DNA of 64,000 nucleotides, taken from Candidatus Latescibacterota bacterium (GTDB lineage: Bacteria; Latescibacterota; UBA2968; GCA-2709665). The stretch is from positions 992,001 to 1,056,000 of the forward strand of contig OZ241917.1 in assembly GCA_965203805.1 (NCBI GenBank), given 5' to 3'. This document shows positions 17,994 through 27,504 of this stretch, in pieces; positions within the stretch are counted from its first letter, which is position 1; every line of letters starts with the position of its first letter. Below the pieces are notes generated by a model. It was given only the letters and a program-made list of their open reading frames with translations, was not told where the DNA came from and did no database searches. A program made the translations under genes and the position numbers.

Positions 17994-19595
17994 TCACTGT
18001 TTCCTGCTCTCCAGGTATGCCCTGTCTCGCTGCAGAAGGTCCGGATTCAGCCGGTAGAAAAGTTCCCGGGCCTGGGGCAGCATCCTGGTGGTGACGACAA
18101 ACCGGCCGTCGAGCAATAGCGAAGGATTCATCGACGGATCGATACCCGCTTTCGCCGCCGCCTTCAGGGACCGTAATGCCATCGAGGGGCCTTCGTCTGC
18201 CACGCAGCGCTTTATGCGTTCGACGTCCATTGCATGCTGCTCCATGCAGGCGGTACTGGACTCTGCGGCGCCGTCCTCAGACGCACCCGCGAAAACGCAC
18301 TTCGCAAATGCCCTGTAACGATGGGGATAGAGCTGCCGAACACACAAGCTGGAAGAGGCGTTCTCGACCCGCCCGAACGGATGGAGGCGCAGACGTTCCG
18401 GCGCATCGACGGCGTCCAGCCAGGACAGCAGCCCCCCGACTGTTCGTGCCGTCGATGGCGACACTCCCGCAAAGAAGAAGTCCATACGACCCGGAACGGC
18501 CTTCCGTCCCATCAGCCGCGTGACGGGCAGAAGCACGGGCCGCGGCACGTAACTGTCGCCAATCGGATAGACGGCCTGCGCAAATCTCTGAAACCGGGCT
18601 GTCGTGGCGAATCCCGATCCCATAATGAACGCGGGCACCCGGTCGACCCGATAGCGTTGCGCCAGTTTCCTCCCCTGCCGGGAGTGTACATTTACCGTTT
18701 GAACATCCACACCCGGGAACAACTCGCGGGTGGACCGGACAAACATCCCCGGATCGCACAGGTCGCATTCGGAGTCGTTCAAGACCGTCATCCTGAAGTC
18801 GACGGGATCGCTGAACCTGCACATCGCCGAGGGCTTGCCGGCATCAACGCAGATTCCGACCCGTCCCGTCGACGCACAGTCCTTATCGGCCCCGCAAACC
18901 GGAACCGCCGCGCACGGCCCCGCCAGACTGTCGATCCCGCAGATCCGGCGCGCCAGACCCTGCCTTTCGATTCCTCCCTCTACTTCCTCGCCGTTGACGT
19001 ACAGGGTCGGCGACGCCTGGATGCCCAGGCGATTGGCCCTCCGGATATTGTCGCGGAAAAGCGCTTCGCCTTCTGCACCGGACGCGGCCGCGGCCACCCG
19101 TTCAGGATCGATTCCCGCCCGCCGCGCGCTGGCCTGCCAATCCGGAGAACCCATGTTTTCATTTCTATGGAGAATATAGTCAAAGTAGCGGTCGGGATAC
19201 AAATGCATCATGACGACCTGCCGGATTCCTTCCTCCACTTCCGCGTCGCCATGCAGGCTGAGGAATCGGCCCGTACCGTATACCGAGCCTGACTCGCAGG
19301 TCTCGCGTCCGGACGCGTGCGGCCTGAGCGGCGCGGTGGGCGCGGACCCCTTTCCCGCCTCCTGAGCGATGAAATGCAGCCGGAAATCGATACCATTTCC
19401 AAACGCCTTCAGCGCGGGTTCGAGCGCCGCTTCCGCCCGCATACCGTACGGACAGTGCGCCATCACAAACAACTCAACCCGTACGCGTTCCGGTGAATCC
19501 CCGGCCTCACCTGCAGAAACGTCGGCATCGGGAACCGGAAGCCAGGGCAATATGCCCGCGCACAAGGATGTGATCACTCCCCGAGTGAGTCGCAT
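17994..19595 (-). CDS. Exported Cys-rich multi-thioredoxin-fold (DsbA/GILT-like) protein
   Basis: Signal-like N-terminus, VELFVMAHCPYG, SLHG, GIQASPTLYVNG (cis-Pro), Cys-rich linker, second domain CDLC ... VDRVPAF, third degenerate domain ending NPSLLLDG. Confidence 0.7.
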   Translation of the reverse strand: MRLTRGVITSLCAGILPWLPVPDADVSAGEAGDSPERVRVELFVMAHCPYGMRAEAALEPALKAFGNGIDFRLHFIAQEAGKGSAPTAPLRPHASGRETCESGSVYGTGRFLSLHGDAEVEEGIRQVVMMHLYPDRYFDYILHRNENMGSPDWQASARRAGIDPERVAAAASGAEGEALFRDNIRRANRLGIQASPTLYVNGEEVEGGIERQGLARRICGIDSLAGPCAAVPVCGADKDCASTGRVGICVDAGKPSAMCRFSDPVDFRMTVLNDSECDLCDPGMFVRSTRELFPGVDVQTVNVHSRQGRKLAQRYRVDRVPAFIMGSGFATTARFQRFAQAVYPIGDSYVPRPVLLPVTRLMGRKAVPGRMDFFFAGVSPSTARTVGGLLSWLDAVDAPERLRLHPFGRVENASSSLCVRQLYPHRYRAFAKCVFAGASEDGAAESSTACMEQHAMDVERIKRCVADEGPSMALRSLKAAAKAGIDPSMNPSLLLDGRFVVTTRMLPQARELFYRLNPDLLQRDRAYLESRKQ

Positions 19596-19763
19596 TTTCG
19601 TCAGACCTGCGGTTACAGCATCAAAACGGGTGTGGTTGCCGGGCGTAAAATGGAGATCATGCATCGCGGCCAGGAGGCTTTGGCCGGGCCCGGCGAATGC
19701 TGGCCTTCCGGCGGCGCGGAAGTGCGTTTCCCAGCCTGGCCGGTTGCCCGTTGGCGGCGCCGG

Positions 19764-19799
19764 AACAAGAAAGGCCGCCTCTGGCTGAGAGACGACCTT
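19764..19799 (-). terminator. Putative intrinsic terminator
   Basis: Minus strand AAGGTCGTCTCT-CAGCC-AGAGGCGGCCTT followed by TCTTGTT, about 25 nt after the stop of 19826-20626. Confidence 0.6.
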
Positions 19800-19825
19800 C
19801 ACGTTGCAGCGCCAGACGTGAATTC

Positions 19826-20626
19826 CTATTTCAAAAGCATCATTCGCCTGGACGCCGAGAAGTCGGCGGCCTGCAGCCGATACAAATAAATCCCGCTGGC
19901 GACCTGGCGTCCCAATTCGTCCATGCCATCCCAGGTGGCTGTATAGTGGCCCGCTTCGGTTCGGGCATCCAGCAGAACGCGAACTTCCTGACCAAGGAGA
20001 TTATAGACGACCAGCCTGACCTGCCCGGCCTCCGCAATCTGATACTCGATCGTTGTGGAGGGGTTGAACGGATTCGGCATATTCTGGCTCAGGGCCGTAC
20101 GGTCCGGCAGTGCTTTCAGGCTTCCGATTTCAATTTGCGTGAGCAGGTCGATATTTCCATCGAGTCCGACCAGAACCCCCTCGGCAATCTGAAAATCCGT
20201 TGCCACCGGCGTTTCGGTGGTCTTGAAGACGAGTTCAACGAGAGCGCCCGCGCCGCTGGACCCCACGCCATCGACCTTCATGGCGCCGATATCCAGTTTT
20301 CCGGGCGTCCTGTCAGACGACAGGAAGAGCGTACTCCGTTCAGACCCGGATGACAGCAGATTTCCGTCGGCCTCCCTCGCTTCGAGAAACTCGTACCTGG
20401 CCGGATCGTAGATCAGTGAGAATCCGTACCCCTTCAGGTTCTTGGCCTCTGCGAGCGATACGAGCAGTTTCAGGACACCCTCATCCGTGTCCTGTCCGTC
20501 CGCCCGTTCCAGCATCAGCCGGGCGTATGAATTCTGACCGCCCGAAATGGTCAATCCATCGGTCATTTCCCCGGCAGTCGCCGAACCTGCCAGAGCGAGT
20601 AAGACCAGAACAATTACCTTCCGCAT
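19826..20626 (-). CDS. Secreted cohesin-like domain protein with C-terminal FlgD-Ig/T9SS type A sorting-like domain
   Basis: Sec signal MRKVIVLVLLALAGSATA; LKGYGFSLIYDPARYEF ... GALVELVF cohesin-like pattern; LSQNMPNPFNPSTTIEY ... WDGMDELGRQVASGIYLYRL ... RRMMLLK C-terminus. Confidence 0.85.
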   Translation of the reverse strand: MRKVIVLVLLALAGSATAGEMTDGLTISGGQNSYARLMLERADGQDTDEGVLKLLVSLAEAKNLKGYGFSLIYDPARYEFLEAREADGNLLSSGSERSTLFLSSDRTPGKLDIGAMKVDGVGSSGAGALVELVFKTTETPVATDFQIAEGVLVGLDGNIDLLTQIEIGSLKALPDRTALSQNMPNPFNPSTTIEYQIAEAGQVRLVVYNLLGQEVRVLLDARTEAGHYTATWDGMDELGRQVASGIYLYRLQAADFSASRRMMLLK

Positions 20627-20682
20627 AACCGCCTCCTTTCGGGACCCACTCCAGCCGAAGTTCTCAATACGTCACGGTATGA

Positions 20683-20711
20683 AATTTACGATGTACGCCA
20701 TCCCGTGTCAA
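20683..20711 (-). promoter_or_regulatory. sigma70 promoter for the cohesin/CTD gene
   Basis: Minus strand TTGACA, 17 nt, TAAATT. Confidence 0.65.
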
Positions 20712-20847
20712 CAGGGAATTGCGACGGTATCTTCGCAAATATCCGTATTTTCCAGCGACTGGCGCTCCGGGCCACAGGCCGATAGCAGGCTGGGTGACGC
20801 AAGCGCGCGTATTTCGAACCACGGCGCGGCCAGGTTCCGCCCCGGAA

Positions 20848-22371
20848 TCACAGGTCGCGAACATCGCCACCGAAATAACCCCGAATCGCATCGACGAGTC
20901 CGGAGATGCCGATTTCCCGTCCGGCGGCCTGCGCGACAACCGGAAATCCCAGATTACAGGCCATCTCGGCAGTTGTGGGTCCAATACATGCGGCGCGGAG
21001 TGTCCGTGGCAGTTCCGGCATTCCGAATTGCTTTAATAATTCTACGCAATTTTTTGCCGCAGAGGGACTTGAAAAGACAACCAGATCCACTTCCCTTCGA
21101 TTCAGGCGCGCAACGGTCTCGCTTGAAATGTGCGAGGGCCTCACGGTTCGGTAGACGACGATCTCGCGCACCCGCGCCCCTTGCGCTCGCAATGCGTCGG
21201 GGACTGTTTTCCGCCCTATATTGCCTCGGGGAATCAGCACGCGCTGGCCGGACACGCGTATTCCCGCGAACTGTTCCGCGAGGTCGGCCGCGGTGTGCTG
21301 GCACGGGCACAAATCCACCAGCAGGCCGTAACTCCGTATCCTCTCGGCGGTGGTCTGTCCGACGGCGGCAATCCGGATGTCCGACAGACTTCGGAGGTCG
21401 CCATGTCTTACACGCACCCGCCGGAGAAATCGTTCCACCGCGTTACCGCTTGCGAATACAAGCCAGTCAACGCGGTTCAACCTGCCAATCTCCACGTCGG
21501 CGGGCGCCCAGTCCGCCGGCTCCACGATACGGATGGCGGGGGCCACCAGGACGTCCGCTCCCAACCCCGTCAGCATGCCATGCAGCTCTCCGGCGTGTTC
21601 CCGGCTGCGTGTCAACAGGATACGTCGTCCGAAAAGCGGCAGCCGCTCAAACCACGGAAAGTCCGATCCGGCGACTTCACCCACCACAATCGCCGCGGGA
21701 CTGTCCGCCTCTGCCCCGGCTAGCGTGCCGAGGGTGCATCGCACGGTTTTCTGGCCCGGTAACGTACCGTCTTGTACCACGGCAACGGGCGTATCGGCCG
21801 GTCGCCCGGCCTGGATCAATCGACGGGCGACCTCGCCCCGGTTTCGCACCCCCATCAGCACGACCAGCGTCCCGCCCAGCCGGCCCAGCGCCTGCCAGTC
21901 TACCTCCGGCAGGGCGTCCAGAGACTCCCGGTGACCCGTCAGAAAGGTCACGTGGGGCGCGATCGCGCGGTGCGTGACCGGAATGCCCGCGTATGCGGGC
22001 GCCGCGATCGCGCTGGTTATTCCCGGAATGACTTCAAACCGGACGCCCGCCTTCTCCAGCGTCGCCATTTCCTCTCCGCCGCGCCCGAAAACGAAAGGGT
22101 CTCCGCCCTTCAGACGCACGACGTTGAGCCCTTTTCCAGCTCTGGCGACCATGAGGCGGTTGATCCGCTCCTGTTGTCGCTCCTGCGCGCCGGGTTGTTT
22201 GCCGACGTCGATCCGTTCACAGTGCGGCGGCGCTTCATCGAGCAATGCGGGATTCGCCAGGCTGTCGTAGAGAATGACATCCGCCTGCCGGATGCGGCGA
22301 AGGGCCTTTATTGTTATCAGTTCGGGATCGCCCGGGCCCGCGCCAACGAGAAAAACAGCGCCTTCCGACAT
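20848..22371 (-). CDS. cobA: Fused uroporphyrinogen-III C-methyltransferase / uroporphyrinogen-III synthase (CobA/HemD)
   Basis: VFLVGAGPGDPELIT and RLKGGDPFVFGRGGEE, then PLFGRRILLTR, FASGNAV, FSSPSA and CIGPTTA HemD motifs. Confidence 0.94.
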   Translation of the reverse strand: MSEGAVFLVGAGPGDPELITIKALRRIRQADVILYDSLANPALLDEAPPHCERIDVGKQPGAQERQQERINRLMVARAGKGLNVVRLKGGDPFVFGRGGEEMATLEKAGVRFEVIPGITSAIAAPAYAGIPVTHRAIAPHVTFLTGHRESLDALPEVDWQALGRLGGTLVVLMGVRNRGEVARRLIQAGRPADTPVAVVQDGTLPGQKTVRCTLGTLAGAEADSPAAIVVGEVAGSDFPWFERLPLFGRRILLTRSREHAGELHGMLTGLGADVLVAPAIRIVEPADWAPADVEIGRLNRVDWLVFASGNAVERFLRRVRVRHGDLRSLSDIRIAAVGQTTAERIRSYGLLVDLCPCQHTAADLAEQFAGIRVSGQRVLIPRGNIGRKTVPDALRAQGARVREIVVYRTVRPSHISSETVARLNRREVDLVVFSSPSAAKNCVELLKQFGMPELPRTLRAACIGPTTAEMACNLGFPVVAQAAGREIGISGLVDAIRGYFGGDVRDL

Positions 22372-22438
22372 GATCGCCCCTGGTTTACAGTCCCGGAACC
22401 GGCTGCACCGCAGCCACAAAGGAAAACCTGACTGCTTT

Positions 22439-23359
22439 TCAATCGACTTCGCCCAGCATCTCCATCGCACCCCGCGCGATCAGCAATTCCGAGAGCCTCC
22501 TGCCAACGTCAATGCATCCGTCCGGAATTCCCGTCGTCCGGGCGCGGACGACCCTGCTGCCGTCCGGAACCGCCACCATCCCGTCCGCGACGAGAGCCCC
22601 CTTCCGCAGGCGCGCCCACGCGCCGATTGGAACCTGACATCCGCCATCGAGTTCATCCAGCATGGCGCGCTCGGCGCTCACCGCGAAATGCGTGGAACGA
22701 TCGTGCAAACAGCCCACGGCCTGTGCCACCCGATCGTCGCACCGCCTGACTTCGATGCCGAGTGCGCCCTGTCCGGGCGCCGGTAGAAAGCGACGTGCGG
22801 GCAGAAACTCGTCGATGCGATGTTGCAGTCCGAGCCGGATCAGGCCGGCAGCGGCCAGGACGACGGCATCGAGTTCTCCTTCGTTCAGTTTCCGCAGGCG
22901 TGTGTCCACGTTTCCACGAATCCCTTCGACGTTCAGATCGGGTCTGACATGCCGCAACTGCGCCTGGCGTCTCAGGCTGCCCGTACCCACCACCGATCCT
23001 TCCGGCAGGCCGTCGAGCCGTTGACCGGCGCGGCTCACCAGCGCATCCCGGACATCCATCCGTCGGCTCGTGGCCTCCAGGCGCAATCCGTCGGGCAGCC
23101 GGGTGGGCAGGTCCTTGAGGGAGTGTACGGCCAAGTCGATCCGCCCATCGAGAAGCGCCTCCTCGATTTCTCTGGTAAAAACACGTTTGCCGCCAATCCG
23201 GGCAACCGGCTCGTTCAACGCCTGGTCACCCAGGGTTCTTATGACTTCAATGCGAACATCGAGACCGGAATACGCGTCCTGCAGCTTCTTTCGGGCCCAC
23301 GACGCCTGGCGGAGAGCGAGGGGGCTGCCGCGGCTGCCGATCACAAGGCGAGTCAGCAT
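22439..23359 (-). CDS. hemC: Hydroxymethylbilane synthase (porphobilinogen deaminase)
   Basis: IGSRGSPLAL, AVHSLKDLP, GTGSLRR, IRGNVDTRL and LDGGCQVPIG. Confidence 0.97.
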   Translation of the reverse strand: MLTRLVIGSRGSPLALRQASWARKKLQDAYSGLDVRIEVIRTLGDQALNEPVARIGGKRVFTREIEEALLDGRIDLAVHSLKDLPTRLPDGLRLEATSRRMDVRDALVSRAGQRLDGLPEGSVVGTGSLRRQAQLRHVRPDLNVEGIRGNVDTRLRKLNEGELDAVVLAAAGLIRLGLQHRIDEFLPARRFLPAPGQGALGIEVRRCDDRVAQAVGCLHDRSTHFAVSAERAMLDELDGGCQVPIGAWARLRKGALVADGMVAVPDGSRVVRARTTGIPDGCIDVGRRLSELLIARGAMEMLGEVD

Positions 23360-24678
23360 TCGGTCTGCACCCTTTCTACGGGTGTTTCCGGCGGAGACGG
23401 TCTCACCGCGCTCGCCGGGGTCGCTTCCAGGTCGAACAGGCGGACCAACGCGTCGACATAATTCAGAGCCTCACCTGAATTGGCGGCTTCACGCAGCCGT
23501 ACCTGCGGAGCGTGCAACAGCTTGTTCATATAGAGCCTCAGGAGGGCAGCCACCTTCTCCTGCTGGATCTCCGTGAGATCCGACAACCTGGCACGATCGA
23601 GTTCTTCGTCGAGAAGCTCCTGAAACCTCTGTCGCATGGCCACAATTGCCGGCACCACGTCCAGAGAGTTCAGCCACGAAGCAAATCCACGTACCTCTTC
23701 GTCCACAATATTCCGGGCCTTCTCCGCCTCACGTCTCCTTTTCTTCATGTTTGCCCCGACCACCGCCTGCAGATCGTCGATGTCATATAGGAAGACATTG
23801 TAGAGTGCGCCGGCTTCCGGGTCGATGTCTCTCGGAACCGCAATGTCGATGAGGAACATCGCGTTGTTCCTCCGCTGCTGCATCGCCCGCGAGACCCGGG
23901 GCTTTTTCAGGATCGGGACCGTCGCGCTGGTTGAACTGATCACGATGTCGGCGCGGTGGAGGCCATCCATCGCATCCTCCCATGACATCGCCTTCCCATT
24001 CACACGTTTCGCCAGGTCGCGCGCCCGCGCAAACGTCCGGCTGGACACCATCAGCCGCCCGACACCCTTATCCACGAGGTGCCTGGCGGTCAATTCGCTC
24101 ATGTCCCCCGCGCCCAACACCAGGGCCGTCCTTTCGTCCAGATTGCCCAGGATCTTTCCGGCCAGCGCCACGGCCGCAAAACTGACCGAAACCGCGCCGT
24201 CGGCGATTTCGGTTTCCGTCCGCGCCCGTTTGGAGGTCTCGACGGCCGAACGAAACAAACGATTGAGAATGGCGCCGCTTGTACCCGCTTCCAGGGCCCG
24301 GGCGCCCGCATCTTTCACCTGCCCTGCAATCTGCGGCTCGCCCATGATCATCGAATCCAGTCCCGACGCCACACCCAGCAGGTGTCTGACCGCGTCCATG
24401 TCGTTGAGGGTGAACGTGTACCCGTCCAACTCAGCCGCGTCGATCCCGCTGGTACTGCTGAAAACGCCAAGCACGCCGGCGCGCGCGGTCTCCGAATCGT
24501 CCGACACCAGGTAGGCCTCGGAGCGGTTGCAGGTTGAAATGAGACTGCATTCGTTCACGGTATCGAGCGCGCGCAATCGATTGAGGACGGACCGGTGCTG
24601 CTGTTCGGAGACCGACACGCGGTCCCGGATTTCCACCGAAGCCGTCCGATGGTTCAATCCAACCACTACGATAGACAT
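23353..24678 (-). CDS. hemA: Glutamyl-tRNA reductase
   Basis: GLNHRTA, STCNRSE, SGLDSMIMGEPQI, LGAGDM and IDIAVPRDID. Confidence 0.97.
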   Translation of the reverse strand: MSIVVVGLNHRTASVEIRDRVSVSEQQHRSVLNRLRALDTVNECSLISTCNRSEAYLVSDDSETARAGVLGVFSSTSGIDAAELDGYTFTLNDMDAVRHLLGVASGLDSMIMGEPQIAGQVKDAGARALEAGTSGAILNRLFRSAVETSKRARTETEIADGAVSVSFAAVALAGKILGNLDERTALVLGAGDMSELTARHLVDKGVGRLMVSSRTFARARDLAKRVNGKAMSWEDAMDGLHRADIVISSTSATVPILKKPRVSRAMQQRRNNAMFLIDIAVPRDIDPEAGALYNVFLYDIDDLQAVVGANMKKRRREAEKARNIVDEEVRGFASWLNSLDVVPAIVAMRQRFQELLDEELDRARLSDLTEIQQEKVAALLRLYMNKLLHAPQVRLREAANSGEALNYVDALVRLFDLEATPASAVRPSPPETPVERVQTEC

Positions 24679-25307
24679 GCGTGTACTTTCCTGTCGAGTT
24701 CGTCCCATCGTTCGCGCCGGATCAGTTCCACGGTCTCCCAGTTCACCAGCCGGTCCCACACCGCCTTTCGCCGTGCGGGACTTTCGGGAAACCGCGCCAT
24801 CACCCGCGGACGCAACCCGGCCAGATAGTCAACCACGCCGGCGTGTTCGCGCCCGAGAACATCCTCGAGGTGCCGCTTGACCAGACGCGCGTACGCAGGG
24901 CTGCCCCCGGCGGTCGAAACCGCCACCTGAAGCCCGCCGCGACGCACCGTGGCGGGCACGGAAAAGTCCCCCGCGCCAATGCCGTCCGAGCGATTCACCG
25001 GCGTGTCGTTTTCGCCGGCGGCCAGTGCGACCTCCTCGTTCACTGACGCGCGGTCCGTGGCAGCGAAGACGAGAAACGCATCTCTCGTGTCACTCCGTTC
25101 GAATGCGCGACGTTCCAGACGAACCCGCCCGGCGGCGGCCAGGCCCTCAAGGGAGCCGGATGCGACCGGCGCGATCACCGTCACGTCCGCGCCCGCGGCG
25201 AGCAGGCCGCGTACTTTCCGCTCGGCGACGGCGCCACCGCCTGCCACGACGCATTTCCGGTTTCGCAAGTCCAGAAAGACCGGGTACTCAGCCCATTCGC
25301 CCGCCAT
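24666..25307 (-). CDS. Precorrin-2 dehydrogenase / sirohydrochlorin ferrochelatase (SirC/Met8p/CysG-N-like)
   Basis: YPVFLDL, VAGGGAVAERKV, FAATD, DFSVPA and VAVSTAGGSP. Confidence 0.9.
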   Translation of the reverse strand: MAGEWAEYPVFLDLRNRKCVVAGGGAVAERKVRGLLAAGADVTVIAPVASGSLEGLAAAGRVRLERRAFERSDTRDAFLVFAATDRASVNEEVALAAGENDTPVNRSDGIGAGDFSVPATVRRGGLQVAVSTAGGSPAYARLVKRHLEDVLGREHAGVVDYLAGLRPRVMARFPESPARRKAVWDRLVNWETVELIRRERWDELDRKVHACLS

Positions 25308-25327
25308 ATACGCCCGCGCAAATTAAC

Positions 25328-26155
25328 CTACTGTGCCAGAACGTGTTTTCCGGGAAACAGCAAACCCATAACCGGAAACGTGAACACCACGAGGACAAAT
25401 CCCAGAATCGACATGAGTGCCGCGCGTTTTCCCTGCCACCCGGCGATCCTTCGGGCAGCCAGGTGCCCGGCATAGACAACCCATGTAACCAACAGCACCC
25501 AGAATGCCGGTTCGCTCCAGATCCAGAGCCGGTACATCTTCTGGTGGACCCACACGGAACTCGCGACAATGCCGGCGGTCAGGAACACGAAACCGAACGA
25601 AGCCGCGCGGCCGTTGGTCTGGTCGAGGGTATCCAGCGGCGGCAGACGTTCATAGAAGAAGCCCAGATGTTTCTTCTGAATCTCACCGAGCAGCATCACG
25701 TACATTGTCGCACTGACGCTGGAAATGGCGAACGCTGCATAGGCCAGAATATAGGCGAACACGTGGAGTTTGAACCATCCGCCGGTGTGCGCCACTCTTG
25801 GCGCTTCTTCAACGCCCATGAGGTTGGAAGCGGCAACGAGGTGCAGCACGGCCACGATGGGTACGACCAGCGCGCCCAGCGAACCACGGCAGGTTCCAAA
25901 TTCCAGGTAGAGAAAAACAATGACAACCAGCCAGGCGCATAGTGAAGGCAGCACCTGGCTGGATAGGGGAACCTGTCCTGTTGCAATCGCCATTCTGGCC
26001 AGCAGCGTACTGTGCAGCACCCAGCCCACGATGAGGCTCCAGAAACCGGGCGAGCCACCGAGGGCCTGCTTCCTTATAAAGTGTGTTGCATACGCGCACG
26101 CGCTGACGACATAGGCCACTCCCGCACCCGTCACCAGCAGATTCTGCAACCCCAT
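25328..26155 (-). CDS. ccsA: Cytochrome c assembly family membrane protein (CcsA/HemX-like)
   Basis: Multi-TM; LHVFAYILAYAAF, RLPPLDTLD, LTAGIVASSVW, WSEP ... TWVVY and GWQGKRAA; first gene of the hem operon. Confidence 0.8.
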   Translation of the reverse strand: MGLQNLLVTGAGVAYVVSACAYATHFIRKQALGGSPGFWSLIVGWVLHSTLLARMAIATGQVPLSSQVLPSLCAWLVVIVFLYLEFGTCRGSLGALVVPIVAVLHLVAASNLMGVEEAPRVAHTGGWFKLHVFAYILAYAAFAISSVSATMYVMLLGEIQKKHLGFFYERLPPLDTLDQTNGRAASFGFVFLTAGIVASSVWVHQKMYRLWIWSEPAFWVLLVTWVVYAGHLAARRIAGWQGKRAALMSILGFVLVVFTFPVMGLLFPGKHVLAQ

Positions 26156-26301
26156 AACGTCAGACCCCAAAGTGAAACGGCGTGTGAATCCGGCCTCCGA
26201 ACCACACGCCTTCGGTACCGGCGGCCGCGTCACTCCTCATTCGCCACGGGTCGTCCGGCTGCACCAGCCAAGGCCCCTTTGCGCGCCGATGCCGGACATT
26301 G

Positions 26302-26330
26302 AATTTACACAATCCTATCTGCCGAATCAA
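26302..26330 (-). promoter_or_regulatory. Putative sigma70 promoter of the hem operon, overlapping the anmK 3' end
   Basis: Minus strand TTGATT, 17 nt (ending TGTG), TAAATT. Confidence 0.5.
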
Positions 26331-27504
26331 TCGAAATTCGGCAATTTCCGCCCGGTGCAACAACGCCGAGGACCACGGATCCTGAGGCGCCCGTCGCCGC
26401 GGGCAAATTGCCGGTCCGGCCTTCCACCGTCGCGTTCGCCAGTACTGCAAAGGCGATCGCCTCCTTTGCCTCCGACGGCACCCCCAGCGCGTCCGACTCG
26501 CAGATATCCACGCACGGAAGGGCACCGCGCAGCATTTCCATCAGAACCGGGTTTCGGGCGCCGCCGCCACTGACGGCCATTCTCGCCACGGGGATGACAG
26601 GCAACACAAACCTCGTTAACGCATCCGCAATACTTCGAGCCGTAAACGCGGTGGCGGTGGCGACAAGATCCTCACCGGACAAGCGTCCACGCCACGCCAG
26701 GACGTCCCGGACCAGCGTTGCACCGAATGCCTCCCGTCCGGTCGACTTGGGAGGCGCTTCTTTCAGAAAGGGATGGCGCATCAATTCCGCCAGCAGCGAA
26801 TCGGATACGTTTCCCGATGCGGCGTACAAGCCATTCTCGTCGCATGCCAGGCGTCCGCCGGTAATGACCCCCGCCAGCGCGTCCATCAACATGTTTCCCG
26901 GCCCCGTGTCGAATGCCATGACATCATCTGCGCAACACCCGGCGGGCAACACGGTGACGTTTGAAATTCCGCCGATATTCAGCAGCACGCGCCCCTCACT
27001 CACGGACCTGAACAGCAGATAATCCACCACAGGGACGAGCGGCGCCCCCTGCCCTCCGGCCGCCATGTCGCGCGCCCGAAAATCCGCGACCGTGGTGACG
27101 CCTGTGCGCTCCGCGATCACACTCGGGTCGGCGATCTGGAATGAGGATCGCGTCGTCACACCGAACCCACTGTATGCATCGGGCAGGTGATGCACCGTCT
27201 GCCCATGCGAACCGATGAGGTCCACGCCGGACATCGCCACGCCGGCCGTGCGGCACACCTCGAAGGCGGATCTTGCAAACCACTCTCCAAGAATGACATG
27301 AAGCCTGCAGATTCTCTCCACATTGACACTGCGCGCCTCCGATACTTCAAGGATCTCTTTCCGCAATTCCCGAGGGTACGGCAATCCGGCAAACCCGATC
27401 AGCCGGACTCCGGACTCCAATCGCCCGACCTCGACGAGCGCCGCGTCTACCCCATCGGCCGATGTGCCGGACATGAGCCCGATCACCCTGCGAAACCCGC
27501 TCAT
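26305..27504 (-). CDS. anmK: Anhydro-N-acetylmuramic acid kinase
   Basis: IGLMSGTSADGVD, GSHGQTV, DMAAGGQGAPL, NIGGISN, FDTGPGN, PKSTGRE and KEAIAFA. Confidence 0.96.
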   Translation of the reverse strand: MSGFRRVIGLMSGTSADGVDAALVEVGRLESGVRLIGFAGLPYPRELRKEILEVSEARSVNVERICRLHVILGEWFARSAFEVCRTAGVAMSGVDLIGSHGQTVHHLPDAYSGFGVTTRSSFQIADPSVIAERTGVTTVADFRARDMAAGGQGAPLVPVVDYLLFRSVSEGRVLLNIGGISNVTVLPAGCCADDVMAFDTGPGNMLMDALAGVITGGRLACDENGLYAASGNVSDSLLAELMRHPFLKEAPPKSTGREAFGATLVRDVLAWRGRLSGEDLVATATAFTARSIADALTRFVLPVIPVARMAVSGGGARNPVLMEMLRGALPCVDICESDALGVPSEAKEAIAFAVLANATVEGRTGNLPAATGASGSVVLGVVAPGGNCRISIDSADRIV

